In this document: positions 1 to 10,156 of the stretch, piece by piece | How positions within the stretch are numbered: position 1 is the first letter of the stretch | Layout: each line of letters starts with the position of its first letter | IMG/VR virus record: IMGVR_UViG_3300037042_006844 | Location: 239,565-303,564 of that record | DNA: 64,000 nt | Strand: one strand, 5' to 3' | The notes under the pieces: generated by a model | What the model was told of the DNA's origin: nothing | Databases searched by the model: none | What the model saw: only the letters and a program-made list of their open reading frames with translations | Translations under genes and position numbers: made by a program

Positions 1-2169
1 TTGCACAGTATATAGTGCATTTAGCTTTCGCAGCCACCAGCCGATTGATATCAATTTTTTGTTCGGGTTGCTGGCAAATTTATCAAAATCAAACTGCACC
101 GCTGGTATTTCAGTTGGATGCAATAAAGATTCAACTTGAACAAACGGCAAATATTGTCTTATGAATCGGGCATGATATTCGCTTAGTGTGAACAGCCCTT
201 TGCATTTGCGCAGACTATCCAGAAAATAAGGGTCGTGTAGGATAATATTGCAAAACGCACTATTGTCACTGAACCAGGGAGACATGTTCGGTGGGTTGTG
301 GAGAAAACCCACCCAGCTTTTGTTGTATGGAATCAATTTTTGAAGAACAGATTCGTTCTTTCTCCAACTAAAATTGTTCTCTAAAAACCCGTCACAATAT
401 ACACCATTGTCGGAATTTAATGCCGACATCTCATTCAACACATAATTCCAACCTGAACGATGTGAGTAGAAACTGAGTTGGCGACCCAGATTGAGTTTTT
501 TTGGATATTTTTGAAGTGCTACTGTTTCTTTGAACTTCAAAACTACATCGCCGTATTCGCCTTTGGTCAACACGTTGCTTTTCTCGACGATGAATCCGGT
601 TTCATTCAACACGTCCGCTTCGAAATTTCTGTCTTTGAGAATTAGTTTGCTGGTATTATTACGAATGCCATTGACAAACAAATCAACTATTTTGATGCCA
701 TACAAACTGGTTGGGGCACGATTGATCAGATCCCCACTGAACACATCTGTTTGAAACTGTATATTTTTAGTGTGTTTGCCGATGATTTTGATGGAATACT
801 GACCTCGTTTCAACTCAAAATTATGAACCGTGCCATCGACTGTGAATTTCAAATCACAATCTTTCATCGACTCGATCAACATTTCTAGTTTGTAAACTTC
901 TCCTCCGACGATTAGTTCGGATGTGCCATTACTCCAAACCCCCGAACTGAGGTTTTCTTGGTGCCATCCATTTTTGAAATAGATGGGAAACAACGAGCTT
1001 TCTTCGGTGAGATCGGTATGGGGCTGATAACTGTCGAGATGTGTGAAATACACGCTGCTGCGAATACTGTCATAATATGCTGCTTTGAAAACATTGCTTA
1101 AATCGTCATATGATGGATCAATACCTTTGGTGCGGGGATCGCAAACGGCATCTGTTACAATGTTGTCTGTGATTTTGATTACACTATAATCTACCTCGTA
1201 TAATTTTTTATATCCAGTGAGATAGTCCACCATACCACCGTGAAGTGGAGTGATGATTCCTTTGTTTTTCTCTTTTGCGGTATAACACGGAATGCTGAAG
1301 CCTTCTCCTCGACTGACGTTTACATACACGTCGCAATTGTCATATAAACTCTGCATCCGATCAAAACTCAATGCATCCGTTATCAACGCTATCGGAGCGT
1401 ATGCAAAATTGGCGTGCTTGTTTTTGATTTTATTGACGATCAGGTTTTGAATCGTTTTGTCAAAACCCTTCAAATTAAATTTGTTGTCCGTCAGTTTGAG
1501 AACCAACAACGTTTCATCATCAAACTCGAACGTGCTCAAATAATTGTCGATCAAAAAAGATGTGTTTTTTCGACCAGCCAACGTGGTTACGTTCAGAAAT
1601 TTGATGCGTTTTTCAAAACGACGATAATTTACGGCAACAGGTGAGAAAATTTTGGCACAATTCAGCGTGTCGATTAAATTGATGCTTTCGTATGGAATGC
1701 TGGGCACCGTATGGGGGTCAACCACAATTTCTTTTTTGACACCTGATTTAATAAATACTTCTTTGGTCCATTGAGACGGAACACTAACAATATTCACAAT
1801 ACTATCATTAATAGCTTTTACCCATTTTTCTGGCAATGGATCAAAATCCCACACGGTTCTGCCAATGATTTTTCGGTCTCCAAACAGATCGGAGTAGTTT
1901 TCAAAAATTTTACCCCACATATTGGGGGTGATATGAACTACTATTTCCGCATCTTTTAGTTTTTCGGATCGCCCAAAAAGGGGAAGTTTGCGTAGGTTGC
2001 TATGGAAATACTTTGCGAACTCCGTGTTGTTTTTGGTGGTAGCGCCGGATACTGGAACAAAATAAACATCTACACCTTGCTGCAAAAGGCTATACATATA
2101 ACCCTTTGCAGCATTGGCATATCCGCTAGAACCGTCTGCACCAAAATATACAACTTGTTTAGAACTCAT
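1..2169 (-). CDS. Multi-domain glycosyltransferase (GT4-like N-terminus), 3'-partial, runs off the window
   Basis: ATG at 2169 reads MSSKQVVYFGADGSSGYANAAKGY; later 'SRGEGFSIP' GT4-type motif; same frame still open at position 1 (IGWWLRKLNALYTVQ). Absent from ORF track because there is no stop in the window. Confidence 0.8.
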   Translation of the reverse strand, partial: MSSKQVVYFGADGSSGYANAAKGYMYSLLQQGVDVYFVPVSGATTKNNTEFAKYFHSNLRKLPLFGRSEKLKDAEIVVHITPNMWGKIFENYSDLFGDRKIIGRTVWDFDPLPEKWVKAINDSIVNIVSVPSQWTKEVFIKSGVKKEIVVDPHTVPSIPYESINLIDTLNCAKIFSPVAVNYRRFEKRIKFLNVTTLAGRKNTSFLIDNYLSTFEFDDETLLVLKLTDNKFNLKGFDKTIQNLIVNKIKNKHANFAYAPIALITDALSFDRMQSLYDNCDVYVNVSRGEGFSIPCYTAKEKNKGIITPLHGGMVDYLTGYKKLYEVDYSVIKITDNIVTDAVCDPRTKGIDPSYDDLSNVFKAAYYDSIRSSVYFTHLDSYQPHTDLTEESSLFPIYFKNGWHQENLSSGVWSNGTSELIVGGEVYKLEMLIESMKDCDLKFTVDGTVHNFELKRGQYSIKIIGKHTKNIQFQTDVFSGDLINRAPTSLYGIKIVDLFVNGIRNNTSKLILKDRNFEADVLNETGFIVEKSNVLTKGEYGDVVLKFKETVALQKYPKKLNLGRQLSFYSHRSGWNYVLNEMSALNSDNGVYCDGFLENNFSWRKNESVLQKLIPYNKSWVGFLHNPPNMSPWFSDNSAFCNIILHDPYFLDSLRKCKGLFTLSEYHARFIRQYLPFVQVESLLHPTEIPAVQFDFDKFASNPNKKLISIGWWLRKLNALYTVQ

Positions 2170-2171
2170 TT

Positions 2172-2223
2172 GTGAATGAATTACCCACCCGCTAAAGCAG
2201 GTGGGTTTTCTGCTCCCTAAAAG
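2172..2223 (-). mobile_element. 52-bp single-hairpin IS200/IS605-derived miniature element (PATE-like)
   Basis: Minus strand: TTAT|cttttagggagcagAAAA-cccacctgctttagcgggtggg-taattcatTCAC|aaATG. Same 18-nt end-to-hairpin distance and CTTTAG loop as the larger IS ends in the window. Confidence 0.7.
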
Positions 2224-2263
2224 ATAAATAGTGCTGTAACCAGTTTAGTGATTTATTATACAA

Positions 2264-3223
2264 TCACTTCGATGTGGTTTTGATGATTTTGGCTATACAA
2301 GCCATGAATGTGATTTCTTTGTCAACCACCATCGAATTTTGATATAAACTTTCAGATATGTCGATGATCACACTAATGTCATTTCCGTTGCTGTATTCAG
2401 ATACCTTGTTGTAGAGTTCAGAATACAACTCATCAAACATTTTGATTCCCGCATCGTTAACCAGTTGGCGAACTTCATTGAAAACTTTTTTATTGGTTTT
2501 TGCTTCCCGCAACAACTGCACCAATTTTTGTTTTAGATCATGCCCAGCACTTTGGGTCTTGATCAACTCCAAAACTCCATTCGTAGAGCTTTGCTGCATG
2601 AAATTTACAATCTTTCGAATATCTGGATAGAAATCTTTGACAACAGTTGCCACGGTTGGCATGTCGTATTTGATCTTTTCTGCATCTAGGATTTTGATTG
2701 CGTATTTCGCCACATCTTTCATTGTGGGAGGCTCCAGCTTAAACACTTGGAGACGACTCCGCAATGGGTCAATCATCTTTTCATAATAATTGCAGGTTAG
2801 AATAAACCGTGTGGTTTTGCTGTATGTTTCCGTCAGATTACGCAACGATGCCTGAGATGCTGCCGACATATAATCAGCCTCATCCAAAATCACAATCTTC
2901 AAATCGTGAAACCCCATCGATGCAGCGAATGGCTTGATTCTATCGCGAACAAAATCCACGCCCGTATTGTCGGATGCGTTTACATACATCGTATCACACG
3001 GAATATTTTTGGCCAGAATTTTTGCCAGAGTGGTCTTGCCTGTGCCAGGGGAGCCATGAAACAAAAGGTGTGGAACCTCTTTTTTAGAGATGAAACTCGT
3101 GATAATCGTCCGAAGTTGGTCATTGCAAATGTAATTATCTGTCGTCTCTGGGCGGTATTTCTCGACCCAAAGACCATGATCGTTCACAACCGTCCGAGTG
3201 ATGGTTTGTTCAAAAAAACTCAT
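2264..3223 (-). CDS. Clamp loader AAA+ subunit (RFC small subunit / T4 gp44-like)
   Basis: WVEKYRP, Walker A GSPGTGKTT, ILDEAD, LRSRL motifs. Confidence 0.95.
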   Translation of the reverse strand: MSFFEQTITRTVVNDHGLWVEKYRPETTDNYICNDQLRTIITSFISKKEVPHLLFHGSPGTGKTTLAKILAKNIPCDTMYVNASDNTGVDFVRDRIKPFAASMGFHDLKIVILDEADYMSAASQASLRNLTETYSKTTRFILTCNYYEKMIDPLRSRLQVFKLEPPTMKDVAKYAIKILDAEKIKYDMPTVATVVKDFYPDIRKIVNFMQQSSTNGVLELIKTQSAGHDLKQKLVQLLREAKTNKKVFNEVRQLVNDAGIKMFDELYSELYNKVSEYSNGNDISVIIDISESLYQNSMVVDKEITFMACIAKIIKTTSK

Positions 3224-3228
3224 AAATA

Positions 3229-4005
3229 TTAGTCGATGTTTTTGATTTCAACCAAGAAATAGCTTCCACTGAACGTGTCAGTATCTACTTCGATGTTTGA
3301 CAACCCAGCATCGCTGACTTTCCAAACTGCATTATCACACTCACTGTTGCTGGTGATGATTTCTTTCAAATACTTTGCATTGAAATGCATCGTCTTGCCC
3401 AGCTTATCCTTGCCACCAGTTGGTTTGATTTCGACGTTGATTCGATTGCTGTTGACACTGCTGTATCCCAGCGTCATTTTGATCTTTCCTTTTTTATCGG
3501 TTGTGAGAGTCAAAACATCATTGTCGCTCAAAGCATTTTTTGCCTTGATAAATGTTGCTGTAAACTCTTTGGTCAACGGAATTTCCAAATTGAAATTGGG
3601 AAGCTTTTTGAGAGGAGGAACGACTGGAATGACGCTAAGATCGGCGGTGCAATACTGAACATCTGTTTCGCCACTCACAACTGTCATGGATGTGATTTTC
3701 TCGACACTTTCCGTATTGCCGTCCAAATCTTGTGTTTCAACTTTAATTTTGTTTGGAGTAATTTCAACATCGTCGCCAAGAACCGTGAGCATTTTCTTGA
3801 GCTTGCTGGTATCATTGACACCAATTTCCAAATCTTCAAGACCAGCGTTGTCTTTCAGAGTAACAAAACTAAGAACACCACGATCATCGCTCATAGAGCT
3901 TGTTTTGATGTTTTTATCTTTTGCTGAAACGGTCCATTTGACGCTTTCAATGGTGCCGTTGAGGGAGTATTTATCGATAAACGAATTGAGTGTAGCTTTC
4001 TTCAT
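3229..4005 (-). CDS. Sliding clamp (T4 gp45-like)
   Basis: 258 aa beta-rich protein directly upstream of clamp loader, near DNA polymerase. Confidence 0.7.
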   Translation of the reverse strand: MKKATLNSFIDKYSLNGTIESVKWTVSAKDKNIKTSSMSDDRGVLSFVTLKDNAGLEDLEIGVNDTSKLKKMLTVLGDDVEITPNKIKVETQDLDGNTESVEKITSMTVVSGETDVQYCTADLSVIPVVPPLKKLPNFNLEIPLTKEFTATFIKAKNALSDNDVLTLTTDKKGKIKMTLGYSSVNSNRINVEIKPTGGKDKLGKTMHFNAKYLKEIITSNSECDNAVWKVSDAGLSNIEVDTDTFSGSYFLVEIKNID

Positions 4006-4013
4006 ATTTGACT

Positions 4014-4042
4014 ATTCTACCGTATTGTTGTGTGGATGTCAA
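4014..4042 (-). promoter_or_regulatory. Sigma70-type promoter of the clamp gene (near-leaderless)
   Basis: TTGACA-N17-TAGAAT, 8 nt before ATG 4005. Confidence 0.7.
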
Positions 4043-4446
4043 CTGAATTGAAAAAATTCAGATGTGTGTGTATTTATTGTGACTTTCTCGCTGATACATG
4101 GTGTGCCGTCCGATAGGAACAGATCAGTGGGAGAGATATAAAAATTGTTGATGGCATAATCTGCATATGCCACAGTGCGCATTTGATAGTAAACCATGAC
4201 GTTGCTTTCGTCATTGGTGCGAAACTCAATGTAATACACTTTCGGATCGCTCAATCGAAACAGTTGCGAACGGGGGATGTAAAGGTTTTGTTGGTTAAGT
4301 TGAGTTTTTGTGAATTCAACGTATGGTCCACGTTGCCCAATTACGACGCGTTCGTATTTGTCCGCTATAAGGGTGCCAGATTTTGTGTATAGATTGATTT
4401 TACACCCATCTTCAAAAATATTCAATAACTCGCTATCTTTTTTCAT
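4039..4446 (-). CDS. Hypothetical phage protein
   Basis: 135 aa ORF in operon orientation; its ATG abuts an IS left end. Confidence 0.7.
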   Translation of the reverse strand: MKKDSELLNIFEDGCKINLYTKSGTLIADKYERVVIGQRGPYVEFTKTQLNQQNLYIPRSQLFRLSDPKVYYIEFRTNDESNVMVYYQMRTVAYADYAINNFYISPTDLFLSDGTPCISEKVTINTHTSEFFQFS

Positions 4447-4510
4447 AGTTTTGGAGGAAGGAAACCTCTTCGGCTTTAGCCAAGAGGAGGAATTCCGACC
4501 ACTTCTTAAT

Positions 4511-4539
4511 ATCCTATACTAGGGTCAACCGAAAGTCAA
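4511..4539 (-). promoter_or_regulatory. Outward-facing promoter inside IS copy 1
   Basis: TTGACT-N17-TAGGAT. Confidence 0.65.
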
Positions 4540-4546
4540 TACGAAA

Positions 4547-4726
4547 GTGAATGCTCCCAAGGTCTAAAGACCTTGGGCGTCTGTGTTAAGTTGCCTTAAC
4601 AAAAGAGTCCATTCCGACTCTCAAAATGTTTCGTGCTGCGTTAAGGTCTCGTCCAATGTTAAGATTACAAATAGGACATTTGTGCTGTCTCTCCGACAAC
4701 TCCTTCTTAACTATGGTTCCGCACCC
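4547..4726 (-). pseudogene. tnpB: tnpB 3' fragment plus family-B right end
   Basis: 4586-4726 translates GCGTIVKKELSERQHKCPICNLNIGRDLNAARNILRVGMDSFVKAT*, closely matching the C-terminus of TnpB at 18309; followed by hairpin cccaaggtctttagaccttggg and agcatTCAC. Confidence 0.9.
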
Positions 4727-4759
4727 CTACGTCTTTAGCGTAGGTGTGGTTGACATATG

Positions 4760-7477
4760 TTAAAATCCGAAAAATTCATTCACTGTATTTTGATTCGCCG
4801 TAGGGAATTGCCATTTCAAAATTGAATAGAAATCTAAAAGTTTATTTTCTAATTCGGCCTCAAACATATGATGTCTATCCACATTTTTAGTAATAAAATC
4901 AAGAATTTGATCTGGATCAGTTCCATCTGCTTTGAGTGCGATACACTCAATTCCAAACTGGTTTTGTTTCAAATAGACATATTTGATTTTCTGTCCATGA
5001 AAAATTGGATGCACCATTTTGCCGATACCCGAATGTTGCAACAAATCGTTGTATGCTAATGCCGCTTTGGCTTGTGCTGTTGCTCCTTTGATAAATTTGA
5101 AACAATGGCGAGTTTTTGGATTGAAATCCGTTTTCTTGTCTTTGCTTTTGAACTTAACACTGGTATTCTTGGCAATATCAATAATACTCGCATTTGGAAG
5201 GTCGTTCAGCAATGCCAGAATTTTGACATCAATCTCTTCCTTGGGAGTTTTGCGAAGAATATCTTGCAGAAACGTTTCCATGAATTTGCGGAAATAAATT
5301 GGGAATGAGCTTTTAACTACGTCAATACCTTTGACTTCCAGTTTAGCAATATGATTTCCATTTTCATCAAAAACGAATTCTGAACGATTGTCGTTTGTGA
5401 CTTCCATCGTTTTGACATCGATGCCGCCCACGTTAATGATGAATTGTGCGTAACGCTTTTTGCTCAACCAAAAACTGGTCTTGGCAATAACTTCTTGCTT
5501 GGCATCGAAACGGTGTTTTTCAATATTGAACATCCGCACTGCCATAACATCATAAAACTTGTTCACGAACGTCTGGACTTCTGTGGTGACTTTGAGAATT
5601 GCCTCGGTCATCAACTTTTCATCGCTCTCATCGATTTCTGGCATGTTTTTCCGAATGATCGGCAGAGCACTGGCGAAACAAGAATCCGTGTCAGTATAGA
5701 TCACCCAATTACCCTCGGTTTCGTTCAACGATTTTTTGAAATACTCGTTGATCGCTTTACCAGTTGTTTTGATAATATCCTGACCAGTTATTGTTACAGC
5801 ACTCGCATTATCCTTGTCATAAAAACGAAAGATAGCCAGACCCAATACACCATATATGGAATTGAGAAGCACTTTCTGCACCTTTTGGCGTTGTTCATAA
5901 AATTCATACTGCTCCCAATCTTTTGCCTTCGCATACTTCTTGGCAAGTGATCGCATTTCTTTACGCTCATCGAACCATTTTACAAGAATGCTTGGCAGCA
6001 CACCCGGAACATCTTTTTGATACAAAACACCGTTGCTGGAAATACTCAACTTACTTTGGTCCAACAGTTCTTTCATTTGTGCATGTGAATAGAACGTCGA
6101 ACCCATATGATATGTGGAAATTTTGTTTTGAGCAAACATGCGAGCATTGTAACTATACAATTTCTGCTCAATATAACGATCAAGTGTAGTTTCCGTCTTG
6201 GCTTTATCACTAAGATTTTCCCAATCGTCGGTTAACTCTTGCTTGCGTTCTGGAACGTGAATATCGTCGTATTCAACACGGTCAATTACTGCTACTTTTG
6301 TTTCAGGACTGAGGTTAAGACTAATGACGATATTCGGATACATTGATGTGAGGTCCAAATCAAACACCCATTCATAACGACCAGGAACAGGTTCTTTTAC
6401 ATAAGCTCCCTCAAATCCTTCTTCATCAGAATTCTTCTGGTTTTCATATTCTTCTCGCCCATCCACGGGTTTGTTTTTGGCGACTTGATTGTTCCTTCGC
6501 AGATACATCAATATTGCGCCCTCAATGAACCGTGAGCTACGATCATAGCACTCGTATGGAACGTGCCCTTTATGACAAATAGCTCGGACTAGATCGATAA
6601 ACTTGAGTTTTTTATCGATTGCTACCATGATCTCTACGTCATTCAAATTGTATTCAACATATTTTTTGATGTCCTCTTTGTAAAGAGTATCGAGACTGCC
6701 ACGATAAGTAATCTTTTCCATGCCCACTTGTTTTTTACCAATCGCGTTCAACGAATAGCTCGCCTCTTTTTTGATATTGAGCTTTTCGTAAACCTTCATG
6801 TAGTCCAAATGGGTAACGCCAGCAATTACCAATTTCTGGCTCCAATCGTTGATATAAACAATGCCGATTGGACTCAATCGTTTGGCATTCTCATACCCCA
6901 CCACAGATTTGAGGCGACGATAGATGTAAGGCATGTCGAATTGATCGCTGTTCCATCCAGTTACAATCGTGGGCTGAATTTCTTCCCATTTGGATAGAAA
7001 GTGCATCAACATACTTTCTTCATTGCGAAAGCTTTTGATTTCTTTGTCGGGGCTGTCAAAGTCCGCCATCAAACCATTGCGGTCCAAAATGAATGCGGTA
7101 TATTTCTTGGCAGCACTATCATATACAGCCAAAGCTGTGATTGTTTTGTCAGCCTCTCCGTCCGCAGCGATTCCACCTTCGATGTCGATTTCGATGTCCA
7201 AAAATAATACGCGATGACCTTCAGAAAGTTCGTCGCTATCTTCATAAGCATCAATCAGAATACGAGTATCAATTGGAACGTCACTTTCAAACAAAGAAGG
7301 ATCGCGAGGATTGAAACTGAACACTTTCTCCAGATCGTCCCCGAACATACTTTTGTATTTACCGCCCGAACGCTTTCTATAAGCGTATGGGCGAAAAACA
7401 AAATTGGTATATCCAAGTTTGTCGTCCCACAGATGGCAGGTGTTTGTTTTACGCTCGAAGTAGATGTTTTGAAACAT
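4760..7477 (-). CDS. Family B DNA polymerase (T4 gp43-like)
   Basis: Exo motifs DIE, GWNSDQFD, YNLND; pol motifs DLTSMYP, KVLLNSIYG, YTDTDS, KKRY. Confidence 0.97.
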   Translation of the reverse strand: MFQNIYFERKTNTCHLWDDKLGYTNFVFRPYAYRKRSGGKYKSMFGDDLEKVFSFNPRDPSLFESDVPIDTRILIDAYEDSDELSEGHRVLFLDIEIDIEGGIAADGEADKTITALAVYDSAAKKYTAFILDRNGLMADFDSPDKEIKSFRNEESMLMHFLSKWEEIQPTIVTGWNSDQFDMPYIYRRLKSVVGYENAKRLSPIGIVYINDWSQKLVIAGVTHLDYMKVYEKLNIKKEASYSLNAIGKKQVGMEKITYRGSLDTLYKEDIKKYVEYNLNDVEIMVAIDKKLKFIDLVRAICHKGHVPYECYDRSSRFIEGAILMYLRRNNQVAKNKPVDGREEYENQKNSDEEGFEGAYVKEPVPGRYEWVFDLDLTSMYPNIVISLNLSPETKVAVIDRVEYDDIHVPERKQELTDDWENLSDKAKTETTLDRYIEQKLYSYNARMFAQNKISTYHMGSTFYSHAQMKELLDQSKLSISSNGVLYQKDVPGVLPSILVKWFDERKEMRSLAKKYAKAKDWEQYEFYEQRQKVQKVLLNSIYGVLGLAIFRFYDKDNASAVTITGQDIIKTTGKAINEYFKKSLNETEGNWVIYTDTDSCFASALPIIRKNMPEIDESDEKLMTEAILKVTTEVQTFVNKFYDVMAVRMFNIEKHRFDAKQEVIAKTSFWLSKKRYAQFIINVGGIDVKTMEVTNDNRSEFVFDENGNHIAKLEVKGIDVVKSSFPIYFRKFMETFLQDILRKTPKEEIDVKILALLNDLPNASIIDIAKNTSVKFKSKDKKTDFNPKTRHCFKFIKGATAQAKAALAYNDLLQHSGIGKMVHPIFHGQKIKYVYLKQNQFGIECIALKADGTDPDQILDFITKNVDRHHMFEAELENKLLDFYSILKWQFPTANQNTVNEFFGF

Positions 7478-7486
7478 AGGCTGTCA

Positions 7487-7717
7487 TTAGGATACACCCA
7501 ACTTGGCAACAAGTCCATCGAAAAGTGGAAGATGTTCTTCTATTACTTTAGGTCGAGCATTTGCTAACCGTTCCATCAACTTTTTATGATTAATGGAAGG
7601 AAACACAGACGGGTCTAGTTCGACTCCAACCAATACAGGAGGTTCGATTTTATTGATACAATACCACAATATCGCTAGTTCGTCTTCGTTTAATTCGTTT
7701 AATTGCTCTCGTCTCAT
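7487..7717 (-). CDS. Hypothetical protein
   Basis: 76 aa; ATGA-coupled to the upstream gene. Confidence 0.65.
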   Translation of the reverse strand: MRREQLNELNEDELAILWYCINKIEPPVLVGVELDPSVFPSINHKKLMERLANARPKVIEEHLPLFDGLVAKLGVS

Positions 7718-8463
7718 TGGTGTAACTTGAGACCAAAAATGTTGGTCCCGTAGTTCACAAATAATACATTAGAGAGCTTGGTTTGTAAAGCTTTAATTTC
7801 AGCAACGTGCGCTTCTCTTTCTACGTCTTCAACTTCTTTGATGCTAAAACTATTACCTAAATTGCGAACCATGGAGTCTTTTGGACTAAGAGTAGCTTGC
7901 GGTGTGATGACCAGATAGTCATTTGGTTTGAGTTCTTTTTTCTTTTTGCTTTTATTGTCAAGAACTGTCACTTTACCATCCACCAAATATACATGCGTGA
8001 ACTTATCTCCTGCTTTGATAAATAGTGTAGCCTTATCAAATACAATTGTGCTCATACTGGTTGCGATGACTGACTGTTTGGTAGACTCACTGGCACAGTA
8101 TAGTTCACCTTGAAACGAAAAATTGAATTGCGAGTCTTTGATTTTCAACACCTCTGGTAGTTTGAAATCGTTGGCGTATTCTGTTGGAGTGACGTTGAAA
8201 AACGCAGAACTGTTTTCTTTTTGATACACAACTATTTTATAAGGCAGTGCGTATGTAGCTGTGGAGTTGGTCGTTGTGACCACCGACAGATTGTTGTTGA
8301 GCGTATATGTATTTCCAATAATAGTAGGCACCACCACCAATTTGTTGCTTACAACGTCACCAAGCTCAATTTTCTCGGTGGTGTCGTAAAGGAACAGATC
8401 GTTCGCGGTAACAGTGTTTACCAGCACAAACATTGATATCAATAATGCGGTTAATTTTTTCAT
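7714..8463 (-). CDS. Secreted protein, possibly FecR-like beta domain
   Basis: Signal peptide MKKLTALLISMFVLVNTVTA; 'THVYLVDGKVTV...ELKPN' resembles FecR. Confidence 0.55.
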   Translation of the reverse strand: MKKLTALLISMFVLVNTVTANDLFLYDTTEKIELGDVVSNKLVVVPTIIGNTYTLNNNLSVVTTTNSTATYALPYKIVVYQKENSSAFFNVTPTEYANDFKLPEVLKIKDSQFNFSFQGELYCASESTKQSVIATSMSTIVFDKATLFIKAGDKFTHVYLVDGKVTVLDNKSKKKKELKPNDYLVITPQATLSPKDSMVRNLGNSFSIKEVEDVEREAHVAEIKALQTKLSNVLFVNYGTNIFGLKLHQ

Positions 8464-8486
8464 ATACTAATAAATAGTTCTTTTAA

Positions 8487-8514
8487 TTGACAGTTGCTGT
8501 TTATACTGTAGCAT
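8487..8514 (+). promoter_or_regulatory. Sigma70-type leaderless promoter
   Basis: TTGACA-N16-TAGCAT, 6 nt before ATG 8521. Confidence 0.65.
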
Positions 8515-8520
8515 GATGCT

Positions 8521-9441
8521 ATGTCGGATCAAGAACAAAAAATACAAAAGCGGGGTCGAGTGAGTTTCAGTCAATATTCAACTTTTCTGAAATGCCCCCA
8601 TAAATGGTATTTGGATTACGTCAAAAACTTACGAGTTCGTGATGATAATGTAAATACTGCGTTTGGCACTGCGATGCACCATGTATTTCAAACTTATCTG
8701 ACCGCTTTATACAAAGAGAATGCGGTCACAGCCGATGCTTTGGATTTGAAAGCCATGTTCATGACCAAATTCAAAGAAGAAGTTGCAAAAATTCGTGCAG
8801 CAGGAGTTGTTTTAAGTGAAGACGAGTTCACCGAATTTTGCTATGATGGCGATGATATTATTACTACATTCAGCAAAACCAGCAATCGTATCAAACATTT
8901 TCCTTCCAAAAAATATGAACTGGTTGGTATAGAATTGCCATTGGAAATTCCAATCAAAAACAACGTCAATTTCATTGGTTTTGTCGATGTGGTTCTGAAA
9001 GAAATCAACAAAGAGCAATATCGTATTATCGACATCAAAACCAGCAGCAATGGTTGGAATAAATACCAGAAGGCAGATGAAAGTAAATATTCTCAACTAC
9101 ATCTCTACAAAAGCGTTTATAGCAAAAAATTCGGTGTTCCTTTGAGCGCAATCGATGTGGAGTTTTTTATTGTTAAGCGCAAACTATATGAATCTGCCAC
9201 TTATCCACAAAGCAGAATTGATGTATTTGTTCCTGCGCATGGACCTGCTGCCATTAAAGAAAGCATCAACAATTTCATTGAATTTTTGGATCACGGATTT
9301 CATCCAGACGGCACTTACAATGAGACCAGCGACTATCCGAAAATCCCAGGCAACGCAAAAAAGAATTGCAAGTATTGCGCCCACTACAAAAAAGCGTGTG
9401 ATGCTAAAGCAACGAAACTACAACCCGTATTGAAAAAGTAA
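8521..9441 (+). CDS. PD-(D/E)XK exonuclease (RecB/Cas4-like, Cys ligands)
   Basis: SFSQYSTFLKCPHKW, FGTAMH, GFVDVV, IIDIKT, QLHLY, CKYC..C. Confidence 0.88.
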   Translation: MSDQEQKIQKRGRVSFSQYSTFLKCPHKWYLDYVKNLRVRDDNVNTAFGTAMHHVFQTYLTALYKENAVTADALDLKAMFMTKFKEEVAKIRAAGVVLSEDEFTEFCYDGDDIITTFSKTSNRIKHFPSKKYELVGIELPLEIPIKNNVNFIGFVDVVLKEINKEQYRIIDIKTSSNGWNKYQKADESKYSQLHLYKSVYSKKFGVPLSAIDVEFFIVKRKLYESATYPQSRIDVFVPAHGPAAIKESINNFIEFLDHGFHPDGTYNETSDYPKIPGNAKKNCKYCAHYKKACDAKATKLQPVLKK

Positions 9442-10083
9442 ACTGGGGAATCTACTGGGGTCTTCAGGAATCTCGTAGTATGGCGATTGTCTCACCGACA
9501 GTTGATACGCAAAATGTTTGACTGGCGCAAAACAATTGAACTCTGGATTTTGATAGAGTTCAATTGTTATATGATCTATTGCTTTGTTATAGACCGAGTT
9601 ATGCACCGCATCAATGATGGGCTGAAAACTTCTTTTTTTGAAAACCATGCAGTGTGTTGTGAAATAATCGGTTGACGGTCTTATTACATATTCATTGACA
9701 GGTATTCGGACTCCCGTGGCAAGTTGACTTGGATGATATCCTAAATTAAGAATATCCCATTCATTTGGTAGATTTGCTAAAAACAGACTTAACGATTCCT
9801 CCCAGTTCTTCGCAAAAAAACAATCGTCTTCGATCACAGCAACACTTTCATAACCACTAATTCGTGCGTTTTCTAAAATTGATACATACGCCGACACAAG
9901 GCTGATGTTTGGTTTATGAAATCCTCCTGACACAGAAATGCTTGAATCTATGAATGAGGTCTCTGGTGCAATGACGTATTCAAATTTGATTCCATTACTT
10001 TTGAGATGATTATCGATATACCCAAACCGTTTCGAAGCAACAGTGGTAATAACGAATATTTTGTCTACAATATTGTGCAACAC
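9418..10083 (-). CDS. Glycosyltransferase family 25-like
   Basis: KIFVIT...R, VAVIEDD, WDILNLG pattern. Confidence 0.75.
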   Translation of the reverse strand: MLHNIVDKIFVITTVASKRFGYIDNHLKSNGIKFEYVIAPETSFIDSSISVSGGFHKPNISLVSAYVSILENARISGYESVAVIEDDCFFAKNWEESLSLFLANLPNEWDILNLGYHPSQLATGVRIPVNEYVIRPSTDYFTTHCMVFKKRSFQPIIDAVHNSVYNKAIDHITIELYQNPEFNCFAPVKHFAYQLSVRQSPYYEIPEDPSRFPSLLFQYGL

Positions 10084-10156
10084 ATTAATACATATGGTGC
10101 CAAAATAAAAATAAGCGGTCGCAGCATATTCGCATATGTATATATGTTAATATGTT

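Larger units (their letters stand above)
4447..4754 (+). mobile_element. Internally deleted IS200/IS605 family-A element (copy 1) with nested family-B remnant
   Basis: Left end nearly identical to 27436 and 30975; right end ...cctacgtctttagcgtaggtgtggTTGAC; removal gives polB stop TAA-CATAT-ATG. Confidence 0.88.

Noticed and set aside
4760-7477. Intein in DNA polymerase, helicase or RecA
   Set aside because: Lengths are normal and no Hint motifs were seen.
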